The notes: generated from the sequence alone by a model not told the origin. A stretch of 64,000 nt of DNA from Octopus vulgaris (GCA_951406725.2 OX597815.1:195362001-195426000); one strand, 5' to 3'. Counted from the first letter of the stretch, positions 41,843 through 57,052 are shown. Numbers and translations are program-made.

Positions 41843-42518
41843 CATATATATATATATGTATATAGTTGAAATTTACAGAAAAACAAAAGACGAAGAAAGG
41901 TGTATGACCAACAAGCAGGCTTTTTTAGTTTGACGCTCGGGAAAGTGTGAATGTATTTTACATTTCAAGCCTACGCTCTTTAACAGAGAGGAATAAGAGA
42001 AAATAAACAAAGAGAGAATAAAAAAAAACTTGTAGATTTAGAGGTTTGGTCAACACAGCAGGCTGTAATATAAGGGGAATTTGGCTGCCATCTCAATCAG
42101 GAAAATAATTGCATAGAATCGCTCACAATGCCTAAAGGTTTTCTATTTAGTGGAGACTAAAATTATACGTTTTATATTTTATAGAATATTATTTGTGATA
42201 TTTACGCAAATAGAATGGTTCGAAAGGAAAAGAGAAAGGAGGTCGAAGATAATAGGGTACGCTAAAAATAAAAGAAAAAAAAGGAAAAATAAATTGGAAA
42301 GCATAGGAATAATTATCTGTTAATAAAAGCAAACACTGCCACAAAGTTAATTTGTATTTGTGCGTTCGAAGAGAATCGGCATTAGATTTCCTTCGAGCTC
42401 ATTAATCGATATATGATAAGGGCCAAACGTTAATCTACAGCATTAATGATGACTTCCTGCAGACAAGACTGATCTTTGAAACATAATTACTATGTTCATT
42501 ATTGTATCTTTCAATAGA

Positions 42519-42570
<52 letters not shown>

Positions 42571-44739
42571 ACGCACACGCAAACACACATATGTACACAT
42601 AAATGTAAATATGCTTGAACGAATGTGTGGATGTATTTATGCATATGTGTGTGTGCGTGCTTGTATGTAATATTGTTTCCTGGTACAATTCCAACATTTT
42701 CCTTAATAATAATTTGCGTTGTAAATTACCTTCAGTAACGATCAAAATTTTTCTTGAAATTTTACATTTGGGTGAGAGGCTAAAGCGCAAGTTTATAAGC
42801 AATCTTTAGCATGCATATGAAATTATTCTAGAAATTAAGCATGGCATTGTACGTTCGTGTTTTAGGATTGCCAATTAGAATTCTCAACTCTTAGATGTTA
42901 CGTAGTTTTGAGAGTCCAGTGTTTTCATATAATATTTTACATACACTACATATTCCAAAGCATCAGATAGTATCACTGTGGTCTGAAAACCTGCAATGTA
43001 TCTCTTATGAAGGCTTCCCATATCTTGCAATACTTCCAATCGATTTGTTGTATTCCCACCAAAAACGTAATTCAATCCTAGTTTTATACTATTTTACACT
43101 CGTTTCAAATCGAGTTTAAATTACATTTTTATTTAAAATGCTTTTCTTACATTTGATATACTAACATGCATGCATGCATGCATACATACGTGCATTTCCG
43201 CACTTTCTTTGTGGCATAATATTCATGAAATATATGATATAAACTGTCGCAATACACCAGCTTTCGTATTAATAACTGATTATTCTTCTGATCATACACA
43301 CTGAAATATATATTCAGTGACGTTTACAGGTCTATCGTTCTCAAACGTTAATCAACAATCAAAAGAATGAAGTAATAACATGTCTAGAAATGATTTCATT
43401 ATCACTACTGAAAAAATCTACGGAATATAAATAGCGAAAAAGTAAATTAATCGGGAGGCAACTTTAGAAAAAGGAGGAAGAAGGGGAGGAACTTTAGAAA
43501 AGGATGTTCAAAATATTGGAAAAATCTTAATTTAATGTCCATTTATGTGGAGTTTTGAACTTAGTAGTGACCTATTTAATTGTTATAATGCGGTTAGAAA
43601 GAATCTCTAAACGGGATATAGGATGAGTATGACTACGATTAATTTCAAACATAAGTAAAATATTTTCCGTCAAATTTTCTTGGAGATGCAACATTGCTTA
43701 GTCGTAAAATATAGTCGATTGTGGTAATATTTATCGAAAATCGTATTTACTGCTGAATTAACATCATGTCAACATTATTCGAGACTAGACAGGTTCTTAA
43801 CAAAAATACCTGGTATTATAATTCTTCCTAGATATCACACCGGTCATACTCCGTCTACATACCGAGACATAATCAGTGACATTGGCAATATCTTGTCAAA
43901 GTATTTATCTAGATTGACGATTTCACAAACTGGCAGAAGAATAAGCATAAATATGTAAAGGATGCTCTTAATGAAATGTTTAAAGCGTATATTATTTAAC
44001 TTTTTTTAAAAAGCCGTTTCATAAGAATTGTCTCATGTTTATACCATTATGTTTGCCTAACCATTTTTCTCTCATTCTTTCCTTTGCCTACTTGACCTCA
44101 TCCACGAATATTTTATAGAAAGTGACTAAATAAGCAAACTTTCAACGCAAACTCAATACATTATATCATAATAAGTACCCACATACATATTTCCACATAC
44201 AATCATATACACCAAATAACGCACACATTCCTCTATCTTTCATATAACCTCTAAAACACTATTAATAACCCTTACCTGCGCATAATATCCTACAACTTCT
44301 CACTTCCTAACTTAGCCATACTACTGCAGTCCCACCTGTCTTCTCCTTTATTGACGTGACTATTCTCCCTCTATGCGTTACTCTATCTTTTGATGAAGGA
44401 CATTTGCCCGAAATATTAAAAACTTGCCTCTTGCTATTAAAATTTGGAAAGTTATTAAAGTTGTTTGTCCCTCTTGTACATTTTGCAGCTTCGTTTATTG
44501 CATTTACACAGAAGAAAATCAATTTATGTACATATTAGTTAATGTCATGTCACCTACGCACGTTTCAATTTCTTACCATCATTCATATTTCACAATTAAA
44601 ATTGCATTATAAATTTAAAAAGTGAAAATGTCTTCGGAGCAAAATTGACATATATTCATTTACATGCTGATAGATGGAGATTTCCATACACATTGGATTG
44701 CAGCATGTGTGTGTGTGTATGTGTGTCTTTGGATTCGGT

Positions 44740-44848
44740 GGGAATTGGCTGGTAGCACGCCTGAATCCCAAGATGTCGCGCAGTGGCACTGAACCTGGAA
44801 GCACGTGGTTCGAAAGAAGCTTCTTAACGCACAGCCACGCCTGCGCCT
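44740..44848 (-). mobile_element. SINE family B head fragment
   Basis: gcagtggcactgaacctggaagcacgtggttcg...acagccacgcctgcgcct. Confidence 0.8.
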
Positions 44849-45760
44849 ATATTTATATTAAGTTAATCATTCCTGGAGTGCTTATTTAAATATAATTTAT
44901 GATTTCAAATTCAATATATGTATATGAATATGACAAGCTCTCTCTCCCTCATTTATTTGATATAATTGTTGATTTATTTAGATATATTAGTTGATACGAA
45001 GGCTTTCCTCTGTTAGATTAATATTATAGTCATTTGTTCATGTGTTCTAGATCTTAATTTATTCCCTATTTGATTATATTTATTTGGATTTACTCGACAT
45101 ATATCTATTCTTATACTGTCTATTTAATTTCATTTATTTGAATTTATTTAACGTATGTATTAAACTGTGTGGGCAACAAAATTGTTTTCTGTCTTTTTGT
45201 TGCTTAATTTGCGTTTGGAAGTAATGATCCAGACAATTTCCTGTACGCATAAGTCACATCTTGTCCTTCCAATAGTTTTTTTTTTCCCCAGCTAATTACT
45301 TCCCATTTCAGCGCATAGTTATTTTTGCCCATATTAATCTACTTAAACAAGTGCTAGCTTTTCTCTTATCCCTAAAAGTGGTTTCATGGTTGGTTACCCT
45401 TCTTGCTATATACTTTCCGCGGAACCTATAAAGGTAAAGGAATACACACACACACACATATGTATCTCTCTCTCTCTCTCTCTCTCTCTACATTATTTTA
45501 CACCTACATATTACACTTTTTTCTCTGTAAAAATTCCTTAATGGACGTCTATTTTAATTTTTATTGGCACAATCGCAGTGAGAGCGTTATATTTATAAGT
45601 TAAAGGAATACACACACACACATATGTATCTCTCTCTCTCTCTTTGTCTCTCTCCCTCTCTCTATATATATACACATATTTTTGTGTCTGGGGAGAATCA
45701 TTCTAGTGCCAAATCCAAAAACGATATATATATGTGTGTGTCTGTGTGTGTGTGTGTGTG

Positions 45761-45807
<47 letters not shown>

Positions 45808-45927
45808 CGTTAGTTCATGTATATAGGATGTAATCTCACCATTTGAAGGTAATCTAACGCCATATATGTGATACATCAATTCATAGTGATTGATATCCCA
45901 TTAAAATATATAAAAACTAATTAAACC

Positions 45928-45960
<33 letters not shown>

Positions 45961-46571
45961 TCCCAAACTATCAAACAATAAAACTAATATATATATATAT
46001 ATATATATATATGAATAAAAATATTTTAATAAGAATTGAAATTTTCACAATGAAATAAGTGACAGTTAAATAAATATATATATAAATATTATTCTCGTTT
46101 GTTCTTTTGGCATGGAGTGACAGCCAGCCTTTAAAGAAAATTATCTAATTTCCATTTAGCGGGGATAGTAGTATGACCTACTTCTTTAGAACTGCGAATA
46201 GCAATTGTCCACTGTGGTTGCAGTTGAACCTGTAGCATCTTCAGAACTGAATCCAAATATACACATGCTGACACACATACTCTCTCTTTCATACACACAC
46301 AGAATCATATGCAGGTATTCAGTCTGTAAAGAAATCTCCTTCTATTAGGATGTAAATGAACATATGTCAATTTTGCCCTGCAGAGATTTTAACATTAAAA
46401 ATCATGATGCAATTATAATCGTAAAATATTAATGAAGATAAAGAATTGAAATGTTTGTAGGTGACATGAAATTGACTCTCATATAAATAAATTGATTTCT
46501 CCTGCGTTCATACTCTCCGTGTTCTTTACACACGCACACACACACACACACATACTTGTATATGAGTTCTC

Positions 46572-46931
46572 AATTTATGGGAAGAAACCCCATAAAACTC
46601 AACAATTTAGTTAAAAATTAAGAAGAGTAGATGTCAAAATATATAAGAGAATTTGATTTCTTGCAGCCGATCGTTTCGTACACGTATAAAATTCATACAA
46701 TTTCATGGGTGAATTGAATTAAATTAAATTATATTAATGCACGCTTCAGTGCAAGAAGTATAAACAAAATTTTTACAAAGAACTCGAGAAAGGAAATTGC
46801 AGAATAGAGTCTAGGAGAGTCATATTTATCCTTATGAAAAAAAAAAAAAAATTTACGTTCTATATATTTTAACATCTTTTCTCCATGTTTAACTAAATTG
46901 TTTAGTTTTATGGGATTTCTTTCCATAAATT
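46572..46931. mobile_element. Old MITE-like element with ~80-bp diverged TIRs
   Basis: aatttatgggaagaaaccccataaaactcaacaatttagttaaa versus tttaactaaattgtttagttttatgggatttctttccataaatt. Confidence 0.65.
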
Positions 46932-47106
46932 CACAACACATCCTATATAATATTATTTTCATATTCGCAAATTTACGCCTTTAAATTACCTGCAAAATAT
47001 GAAGAATGAATATTAGAACTTTTTTCTTGGAAACTTCCAAATTAAAGGACGAATCTCAATTCTACCTTTTTCCCATATAGGTATATACATGGATACATGT
47101 TCCTAT

Positions 47107-47300
47107 ATACGGATCGGTGTTGAAAAGTTCCTGTCTGGGGATAACAGAGAATACAAAAGGGTTAATGAATTATGGTTTTATTCAACATATTCCCCTTTCA
47201 GATCCGCAATCTTATTGCAGCGTTGCTTCAGTTTGTTTCTAAGTCCTTTGAATGAATTCGGAAGATTGAGCTTTCAACCAGGTCTTTCGCGACACCTTTA
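47107..47300 (-). mobile_element. Mariner 3'-end fragment (TIR plus transposase C-terminus)
   Basis: TIR-like tacggatcggtgttgaaaagttcc; minus strand LKQRCNKIADLKGEYVE* matches the mariner C-terminal K-C-x-x-x-x-G-[DE]-Y-V-E pattern. Confidence 0.75.
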
Positions 47301-48626
47301 AAGCCAGTAATCAACACATACTTGTTCATGCATCATCAACCTTATGGTACCTTATATAATGTATAAAACTATATAATATATAAAACTTATATTGCTGACT
47401 TTCAAAGAGATAGTCGGTATGACGTCTCATGGTATATTCGACATTGTTCTTCACAGAGTGGCCTGCAGTCCGTTAAGATGGGCAACGAAATAAGGAGAAT
47501 ATGGAAAAAGAAGGAAAGTAAATAATAGCGAATATTTTCAGCGAAAAAGATATGTGGATTTTCTCTTTGTGGTAGTTAAATAATGTGTTACAAGAGACAG
47601 CAGTGAATGCAAGAAGAGGTGCGGGCCTGCGTAGGTGTAATAGTGTGTATGTCAGTGTAATTACGGGATATATGGAATTGTAGTTTTCGCGTGTGGCTGG
47701 TGCTTTGTTTGTCACGTTTGTGTGTGTGTGTGTGATTGCGTGCGTATGTGTGCGCGTGCATGTATGTGACTGTGCCTCCTTGTGAGTGTGCGTGTGTGAC
47801 TGTTATATATATCCATAGATATAGATTCAGTTATACCGTTTTCTTCTCATTTAAATTATTTTACATGCTCTCATTGTAATTTCAATATAAACTTGAAAGT
47901 GTCCTCGTTGCTGTTACACCCAATATGTGCGTTCGTATATGTTTTTGTCTGTCTCTGTGTATGAGTGTATGTGTGTGTGTGTGTATATTTTTATGCTTTT
48001 AAATGTATTTTCAGAGTAAGTTAAAAACTAATAACCCTGTAATGTTTACGTTTTAATTTTTTAATGCAATCAGTGTGTAATTATTATCTCTTTAATGAAT
48101 CTATTATCATGAAATATCTTCACACAATTATTCAAATTAAATAAAGTTTACTGTGTTTTCATTTCTTTATTTGAAAATTTATAACGCGAGATTGAATTAT
48201 TTAAGTGAAAATTAATTTTTCAGTGGGCGAGGATATAATATTTACACAATGTGAAGGTGTTAGCGGTAGTACTACTTCATTAATCGATGGCTGAGGTGGG
48301 AGTAGGTGTGTGAATGAAAAAATCGGGTGTTGAGCAATTAGCGATTCGAAAATGTAACAATAAAAGCCATCAGATATTCAGACAAAAACAGAAGCTGACC
48401 AGTTTTTTAAGCTTCAATGAAACACATATGTGCACACACACACAAACACTCACACACACACATACGCATAGGCATTTACATATAACTATGTATGTATGCA
48501 GCATGTATAAATATATGTCTGTATGTATATATGCGTATGTATGTACATATGTATATATATCTGTATATGTATAAATATATGTATATATATATATATATAT
48601 ATAAATATATATGTATATGTATAGAT

Positions 48627-48739
<113 letters not shown>

Positions 48740-48804
48740 GGTCCCGGGTTGATTCGGGGTTAACCACAGTAAGTAAGGTACTCAATACATAGCAGAGTAA
48801 AATT

Positions 48805-48925
48805 ATTTATATATAGAAGGAGCTTTACAGGACTAGTACTGTTTCATTCAAGAGAAATCTTCAGGAAGTCCTAAGATTTCTCTTGAATGAAACAGTACTA
48901 GTCCTGTAGAAGCTCCTTCTATATA

Positions 48926-48931
<6 letters not shown>
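48805..48931. repeat. ~60-bp-arm hairpin palindrome containing a hammerhead-like core
   Basis: tatagaaggagctttacaggactagtactgtttcattcaagagaaatcttcagg...cctaagatttctcttgaatgaaacagtactagtcctgtagaagctccttctata. Confidence 0.9.
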
Positions 48932-48994
<63 letters not shown>

Positions 48995-49762
48995 AATATT
49001 CATATATATCATATATATATGTGCGTGTGTGTATACATATACGTGTAAGTGTGTGTATGTCTGCGATGACAAAGATGTTGAGGAAGAAGCAAAAGATGAA
49101 GTAGAAAAGGAAAAAGAAGAATGACATGGAGAGGTTGCCGGTGGTGATGATAATGAAAAGTACGACGACAACGATTATGATGACGGTAATGAAGAAGTGG
49201 AGGAACAAATGTAATATGAAAGTAGAAATAGACTGATAGGTAGACTTGATACGTTATTAATGAGTTGTATGTCCAGTTAATGCAAAATTATTTCTCTATT
49301 ATCAAGGTTGCATTGGAAAATCAAGAATAGTAATATTTAGATTTATTACAGGACATTTTACAGGAGCAAGTTTTGTAGGTTATGTACACCTGATATAAGT
49401 TAGGTGTAGCTAAGTGCTTACCGTCCCGCACGGTGTCGTTACTTCCAGGAAAATATTTCGCCATATTTCTGTAGTATATAATGTGCCGTGTACTTCCAAA
49501 TTGAATACGGCAGATAAAAAGCGAATAAAAAAAGATGCAATAGTACCTTTATATACGTTAAGAACATAACAATATACGTATGCCATATTAATTGCATAAG
49601 ATATCCAACGCTAAGGTCTATGTATTTTAATATGAGGAGTTTGTGAGGATTTCGACACACATACTCTCGCACCCCCACGCATAAGCTAACTTTCACACTC
49701 TAGATCTACATATCTATGTTTCTATATATATAAATACATGCATACATGCACATCTATGTATG

Positions 49763-49838
<76 letters not shown>

Positions 49839-49931
49839 TAGATAGATAGATAGTATATATATATACGCACACACTCAAACATACGCCCACCTACAGGCGC
49901 ATACGACACTTATATACATTTATATATGTAG

Positions 49932-49999
<68 letters not shown>

Positions 50000-50160
50000 A
50001 TCATCATCATCGTCATTCATAACCATCATCATTTAACGTCCGTTTACTTGCTGGAACGGGTGGACCCTTTGTCTGAAAATTGGTACGATGGGGAGTTCCA
50101 TAGGATCCGAATTTGATCTGGAATGTTTTCTACGGCTGGACGACCTCCCTCACGCCAGTG
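50000..50160 (-). mobile_element. Degenerate retroposon 3' fragment with (GAT)n tail
   Basis: (ATC)n tract followed by tttaacgtccg...ttctacggctggacgacctccctcacgcca, resembling RTE-associated SINE/LINE ends; family identity uncertain. Confidence 0.5.
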
Positions 50161-50592
50161 CCACTTACGCAACGCCGGCATCGAACCCGACTTCTATCTT
50201 ATTTGGTTTTACAGGTCTTCTCAAACACGGTATATAGATACACACACACACATATATATATACATACATATACATACATATACGTGTGTGTGTGCCTGTA
50301 TGTATATATGCATGTGTGTATGTATACATGTGTGTGTGTGTATGCGTGTGTATGTATTTATATATGTCAGATTCTGCTACAATTTTTATGAATTATCCCT
50401 TTTCATGATTTTTCTATAAAGACTAAATTTCTATCATTTAATTTCGGTTCCTCATTTTAAGTGGTTTCTCACTTTCTTCTATCTTTTTTCCGCTATCTCG
50501 TTATCTTTGTCATTTATTCAATAGTTTTCTTCATCTCGTACTTTTCTTCCGTAATCTCACTTCTTTTTTTCAGTACTTCTTTTATGGCAAAT

Positions 50593-50645
50593 CCTTGTGA
50601 GGGGATTCGGTAGACGGAAACTGAAAGAAGCCCGTCGTATATATG

Positions 50646-50732
<87 letters not shown>

Positions 50733-50925
50733 ATGCTGTGTGTATATGTATGTGTGTCCGTGTTTGTCCCCCCAACATCGCTTTACAACCGAAGCTCGTG
50801 TATTTACGTCCTCGTAACTTAGCGCTTCGGCAAAAGAGACCGATAGAATAAGTCCTGGGGTTGATTTGCTCGACTAAATGCAGTGCTCCAGCAAGGCCAC
50901 ATTCAAAGTATTGAAACAAATAAAA
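50593..50925 (+). mobile_element. 5'-truncated SINE family B
   Basis: ccttgtgaggggattcggtagacggaaactgaaagaagcccgtcg-(microsatellite)-gtttgtccccccaac...ccgatagaataagtcctggggttgatttgctcgactaa. Confidence 0.88.
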
Positions 50926-51574
50926 GAGCGAAAGAGATTTAATACATTTATATCAGCAATAAATCTGCATAGAATAAATTTGTGTTTATATTTTTACACA
51001 TAAAATACAAGCAAAACAATAATGCCTATTGCATCACTGATTATATAAATAAGTAGTTGGAAGACTAGCGCTTGGTATCGAACGATGTAATTTACGTCAT
51101 AGACAGCAGTCATTTCTACATGTGTTCTTGTCTATATAAGGGTAGAGGGAAATACCCATAGCTGCTGCGTATGAATTTGAGAGAACGAATATATAGATGA
51201 CTTTCTGTTGCATAGCAAGAAATCAATAGCTGATTGATGTGCTATATATAGTAACCTGTAGCAGTTCGCGTTTCATTTATAATGTCGATTGTTTTCTCTC
51301 TCGCATTATCATTAATTACAAATGTCTAAGTTTTGTTTGTTTTCCGTTAAAACCTCGTCAGAATAGCCTTGTAGAAAAATGCAGAAAAGCAGATGTTAAG
51401 TTATATGGTATAACTGAATACACTGAAACAGACAGACTGAGACGTGCACACCCACACACACACACACAAAGAGGCACACACGCACTCGTATATATCATAC
51501 ATAAATACAATTATATGCAGAATTACATACATATATATATATGTGTGTGTGTGTGTGCCTGTTTGTATATGTGT

Positions 51575-51611
<37 letters not shown>

Positions 51612-51631
51612 CGATGCAGAGACACACACCT

Positions 51632-51632
51632 G

Positions 51633-51663
<31 letters not shown>

Positions 51664-51666
51664 ACG

Positions 51667-51718
<52 letters not shown>

Positions 51719-51725
51719 GTATACG

Positions 51726-51773
<48 letters not shown>

Positions 51774-51780
51774 GTATACG

Positions 51781-51830
<50 letters not shown>
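51632..51830. repeat. Minisatellite: three units of TATGTATACGTATTTCA plus (TA)n
   Basis: Units start at ~51657, ~51716 and ~51771. Confidence 0.88.
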
Positions 51831-51849
51831 GGTGTTTGTCTATTCCTTA

Positions 51850-53060
51850 TGCAGTGTTTGACCACCTCATGTACCTACATCTTAGATCCTTCATGGCGGG
51901 TGATGTGGTTTTGTAAACCAGACAATGTATTGAAAAGTGACCCATACATATTGCATATCCGATTTGGCCGACCATGATCTGCATATATGTTCTGAATTTG
52001 TGCATCCTAAAATGTGTTTTGAGGCCTCCGTAGATTTGCAGATCTTGCGGTTTACATGGCATTGAAAGGAGTGGACAGACATATAGGCAGAATACTTGGT
52101 GGAAGTTCGATTTTCATGCGTCTGCAAATGGGATTTGAGCCCAGCAATAAAAAGGTATGGTTTGTCACAAACTGTGCACACAAAAAGATCATTGTGATTC
52201 ACCTTCATGGTCCTAACATTCTTCATTAAATCCCTCTTGAGTCTTGCATGCGTTACTCTGGCCTCTTCAAATGCTTACACCCCACTCCACGCTTTTGTTC
52301 GCCATCCAACTCGATCCGAAGCAAAGGTTTCTATGTCCTCTGGATCCAGTCCAAGTTACTTCATTTTAGTCCTTCTACCGCCCTTAAATCCATTTTTAGA
52401 TTTACACTGATTGCGATTCCTCTCTGCAAGCTCAGCATAAAACAACTGTTTAGGTGTGTGGTCATCCGCCATTCGAAGAATATGACCAGACCATGCCATT
52501 TGCTTTTGCAGAATCACTGCTTTAATTGAAGTGATGCCTGCGGATGCAAGAACATCTGTGTTTCGAGTAAAAGAACTCCATTTAATGTTTAAAATATGAC
52601 CAAAGCATTTTTTGTGGAACTGTTCTAACAATTTGAAATGTCTTTCATAACATGTCCATGTTTCAGAGAAATACAACAGGCAAAGGATTTATAAAGAGTC
52701 AATTTTGTGTTTTTATTTATGTCGTTGGCGCTAAACACATGACTCCAAACCACCAAATGCTTGTGCTGCCCATTGAATTCGCAGATGTATTTCTGTGTCC
52801 AGGTTTCCGTCATTTTGTACAGTGCTTCCAAGATAGATTAGTGAATCAAAAACCGCAAGTAACTTAACATTAACAAAACTTATAGTGGAGTCGTAAACAG
52901 CAGCAAATGTAGTTTCAAAAATTACAACTGATTGCTTTCAAGTTGATGGTCAAGCCAAAATAATCAAAAACTGAGTCAAATGCAGATACAAGAGATTGCA
53001 GACCTGTTTCAGAATGACTGACTAGATCGCAATCGTCAGCCTATAACAGGTCATTAATGA
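51850..53060 (-). pseudogene. 5'-truncated RTE-clade (BovB-like) LINE: RT C-terminal half, thumb and C2H2 zinc-finger tail
   Basis: Minus strand INDLL*ADDCDL (YADD box with a stop), FGLTINLK, YLGST, NTKLTLYKS, LYFSETWT...LEQFHKKC...ILNIKW, WSGHILRMADDHTPKQLFYAEL and FVCTVCDKPYLFIAGLKSHLQTH. Confidence 0.93.
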
Positions 53061-53599
53061 AGTAAAAACCGAACCAGGCCTGTTCCACTGACGCTCTCAG
53101 CCTTTTTTTTTTTTTGCCATTTACTGAATATGTTTGAGACATTTTAGATTAAGTTACAAATGCAGTTTTAGGTTTCTTCGAAACAATTCGATGATTTTAA
53201 TACGATTTGTTGCACATAAAATACCTGTGCAGATGAATAATTTTCAGTGGGTGTAGCCTACACTGCACTACCCCCACCTACTGGCCCAAGAATACTTTCG
53301 CCCGGGTGATTTGTAGATTCACAAAACCAGGAACTTATATGGTAGTTGGAAGTTGCGTTTGTGATTACATTGCTTTACTCCCGCTTCAATTAACATCATA
53401 TCTCCGTAACTCAAGAATATAAAATTGACAAAATGTAAGTAGCTTTCTCTATCGCCACAGACGTTTAAGTCATTGAACTTATTTAATTCGAGTCATTTTT
53501 GCAAGGGTGATGATGTTTTTTTTTAATTTCTCTTTTCGTCGACTAGTTGATAGTTGTGAATTTTTATGGCTAATGTCAGTTGCTTTATTATAACGTTGT

Positions 53600-53775
53600 C
53601 AAAGGCCGCAGAATAGTTAGCATGCCGGAAAAACTTTCGCCCGTCTTTACGTTGTGAGTTAAATGTTCGCCGAGGTCTACTTTGCCTTTCATCATTTCGG
53701 AGTCGATAAAATACGTACCGGTTGAGTACTGGAGTCTATGCAGTCGAAATTGCTAACCTCACCAAAATTTGAAGT
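53600..53775 (+). mobile_element. Degenerate SINE family A
   Basis: gccgaggtctactttgcctttcatcatttcggagtcgataaaatacgtacc. Confidence 0.78.
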
Positions 53776-55810
53776 CATTATTATTACTTTGTTTCATGTA
53801 AAGTTTGTCTCAAAGCTCAGTTGTCTCACTAAATTTAACAGTGACCTGTCATGTGTCAATTCACATACGACGTATATTAAATTAAAGCGTTGCCCTTCAA
53901 TACTAAGCTAAAAATATTCACAAGGTTATGGTGTACATTCCCTCACCATTATAACAGGAAGACTCTTATTATGCTGCAGGAATTCTAAGACAACTTTAAA
54001 ATAACAGAGAAAGTAACGCTAGGAATAATAATCTTGGGATGAGGATATAAATATTTTGCTATCACGAATGCCATGGTTGAATTACAAAAACAATTTGAAG
54101 GATAATATTTTATATTTTGCAAAATACTGAAAAAAGTGGATGGGGATTCCACGAAACTAGGCACCTCTGCGTAACATCATGGTTGAATATATGCAGCTAA
54201 GGGCTTCCTTATATCCAGTTGAGAAAATGCTTTATATTTCTCTTAAAAGTACCAATGCAAAATAGATGCTGAACCTGTTTGGTGTCAGATTTATCATACA
54301 GACCATAAAATAATTCCTTCAAAAATAAACTGTGGTTGGACGGGGCAAAAGAGAATAAAGTTGAAAACTCCGAAAGTGGGTACATTTCATAGTGTCCACC
54401 AAATCACATTGAATAAAGAATTTCAAACATAGCCCACATAATAGGAACATTTTATTTATGTTGTGAAAGGGCAGATTTTAAAGTATCTACTAAAATTACA
54501 GTTACCTGAGAATTTACAAAATTCCATATCTCCTGAATGATTTACCGTGTTTCATTCGGTGAAAAGAAGGGACCCTCTGCTTTTACAACCTCTATTCCCG
54601 ACCATGAAGAGAAAGCTTCAAAAATGGTATTCGTGCAGTTATATTTTCTTAATCTGAAAAATGTGTAGCGATGTTTAAATATGTTCCAACTTTTGAGGTA
54701 ACAATATTCTGCGATAATCATACGATTGCAATGCTACGATTTCGGAATCGGTGATGTTCAGATTACCTATTGGGAAGTCATTTGCTTATGGAATTGTTGT
54801 TAGATCTCAACTGATACATTTGAGTAGTGTGACAGTCATGCTTTTTGTAATATGATATACTTTCTAGCGTTATATTATTAATAATAAAAGAAACCATCAA
54901 GCATTTTCGCTATTAAAACTACAAAATTACACATTGTCAATAGTAATAATGAAATCTTAATATCGCTTCCCTCTAAAATAAATAATTCTGTTCAACTTCA
55001 ACAAATAGCTACGTGGAAATATATGCATCTTAATTGAATTGTATTATTTATTTCCCACACAACCAATCCCAAACTCAGTGTTGGCTAACCGTGTTTAATG
55101 ACATTAAACTAAAGTTGAAGCAAATATATCAATGTCACTGACTTAGGTTTCCGAGTATATCACTTTTCTATGAATGGTTATACGTTTACTTAGGATAATT
55201 TGACTCTGGCAGGGATTTACTGGATATTTCTGTCGGATTTGTTGGTAAACTCAGTTCTTTTTCTCTTTTATGGATGCTTTTTATTAATATAGCCATTGCT
55301 TTATATTCTTGCCATATTTATTTCGGTATTGACACTGTCGGAGTTGTGTGTTACGCGGCTAAACGTGGTTTACTAATGTCAGATGTTGAGGTTAATATTT
55401 CCGGCAACTTAAATTATAATTCGTTTTCAGGGCTTAATTTGTTGGTCGTGTTGCTTTCCCTGTCGAAATAATCACGAGTCGTGGTCAATTTCGTGATTGT
55501 AATGAGCACTACTATTCTGTATTTAATCTGCTATGTTATGAAAATGAACTTCTGTGATTCAGTGTCTAATTTATTTTGATAAAAATATGCGTAACAAAAT
55601 TTCATTGCATTTACAGCGACTTGTTGTAACATGGAACGTTACTTAGAAGTAGAACTATCCATCATAACTTTAGTTATATTTTGTAGACTATAAATTAGCC
55701 TCGAAACAGTATTTGAATCTTGTACAGAGAGAAAGAGAGAGGAGAAGGGAGATAGAGGAATATATGCATGCATCTATTTATATATGTGTGTATGTATATT
55801 CATACATATA

Positions 55811-56686
<876 letters not shown>

Positions 56687-56687
<1 letters not shown>

Positions 56688-57052
56688 GGTGCAGGAGTGG
56701 CTGTGTGGTAAGTAGCTTGCTAACCAACCATATTATTCCGGGTTCAGTCCCACTGCGTGGCATTTTGGGCAAGTGTCTTCTGCTATAGCCCCGGGCCGAC
56801 CAATGCCTTGTGAGTGAATTTGGTAGACGGAAACTGAAAGAAGCCTGTCGTATATATGTATATATATATATATGTATGTGTGTGTATGTGTTTGTGTGTC
56901 TGTATTTGTCTCTCTAGCATTGCTTGACAACCGATGCAAAAGCGACCGATAGAATAAGTACTGGGCTTACAAAGAATAAGTCCCGGGGTAGATTTGCTCG
57001 ACTAAAGGCGGTGCTCCAGCATGGCTGCAGTCAAATGACTGAAACAAGTAAA
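56687..57052 (+). mobile_element. SINE family B
   Basis: aggtgcaggagtggctgtgtggtaagtagcttgc...ctccagcatggctgcagtcaaatgactgaaacaagtaaa. Confidence 0.92.
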
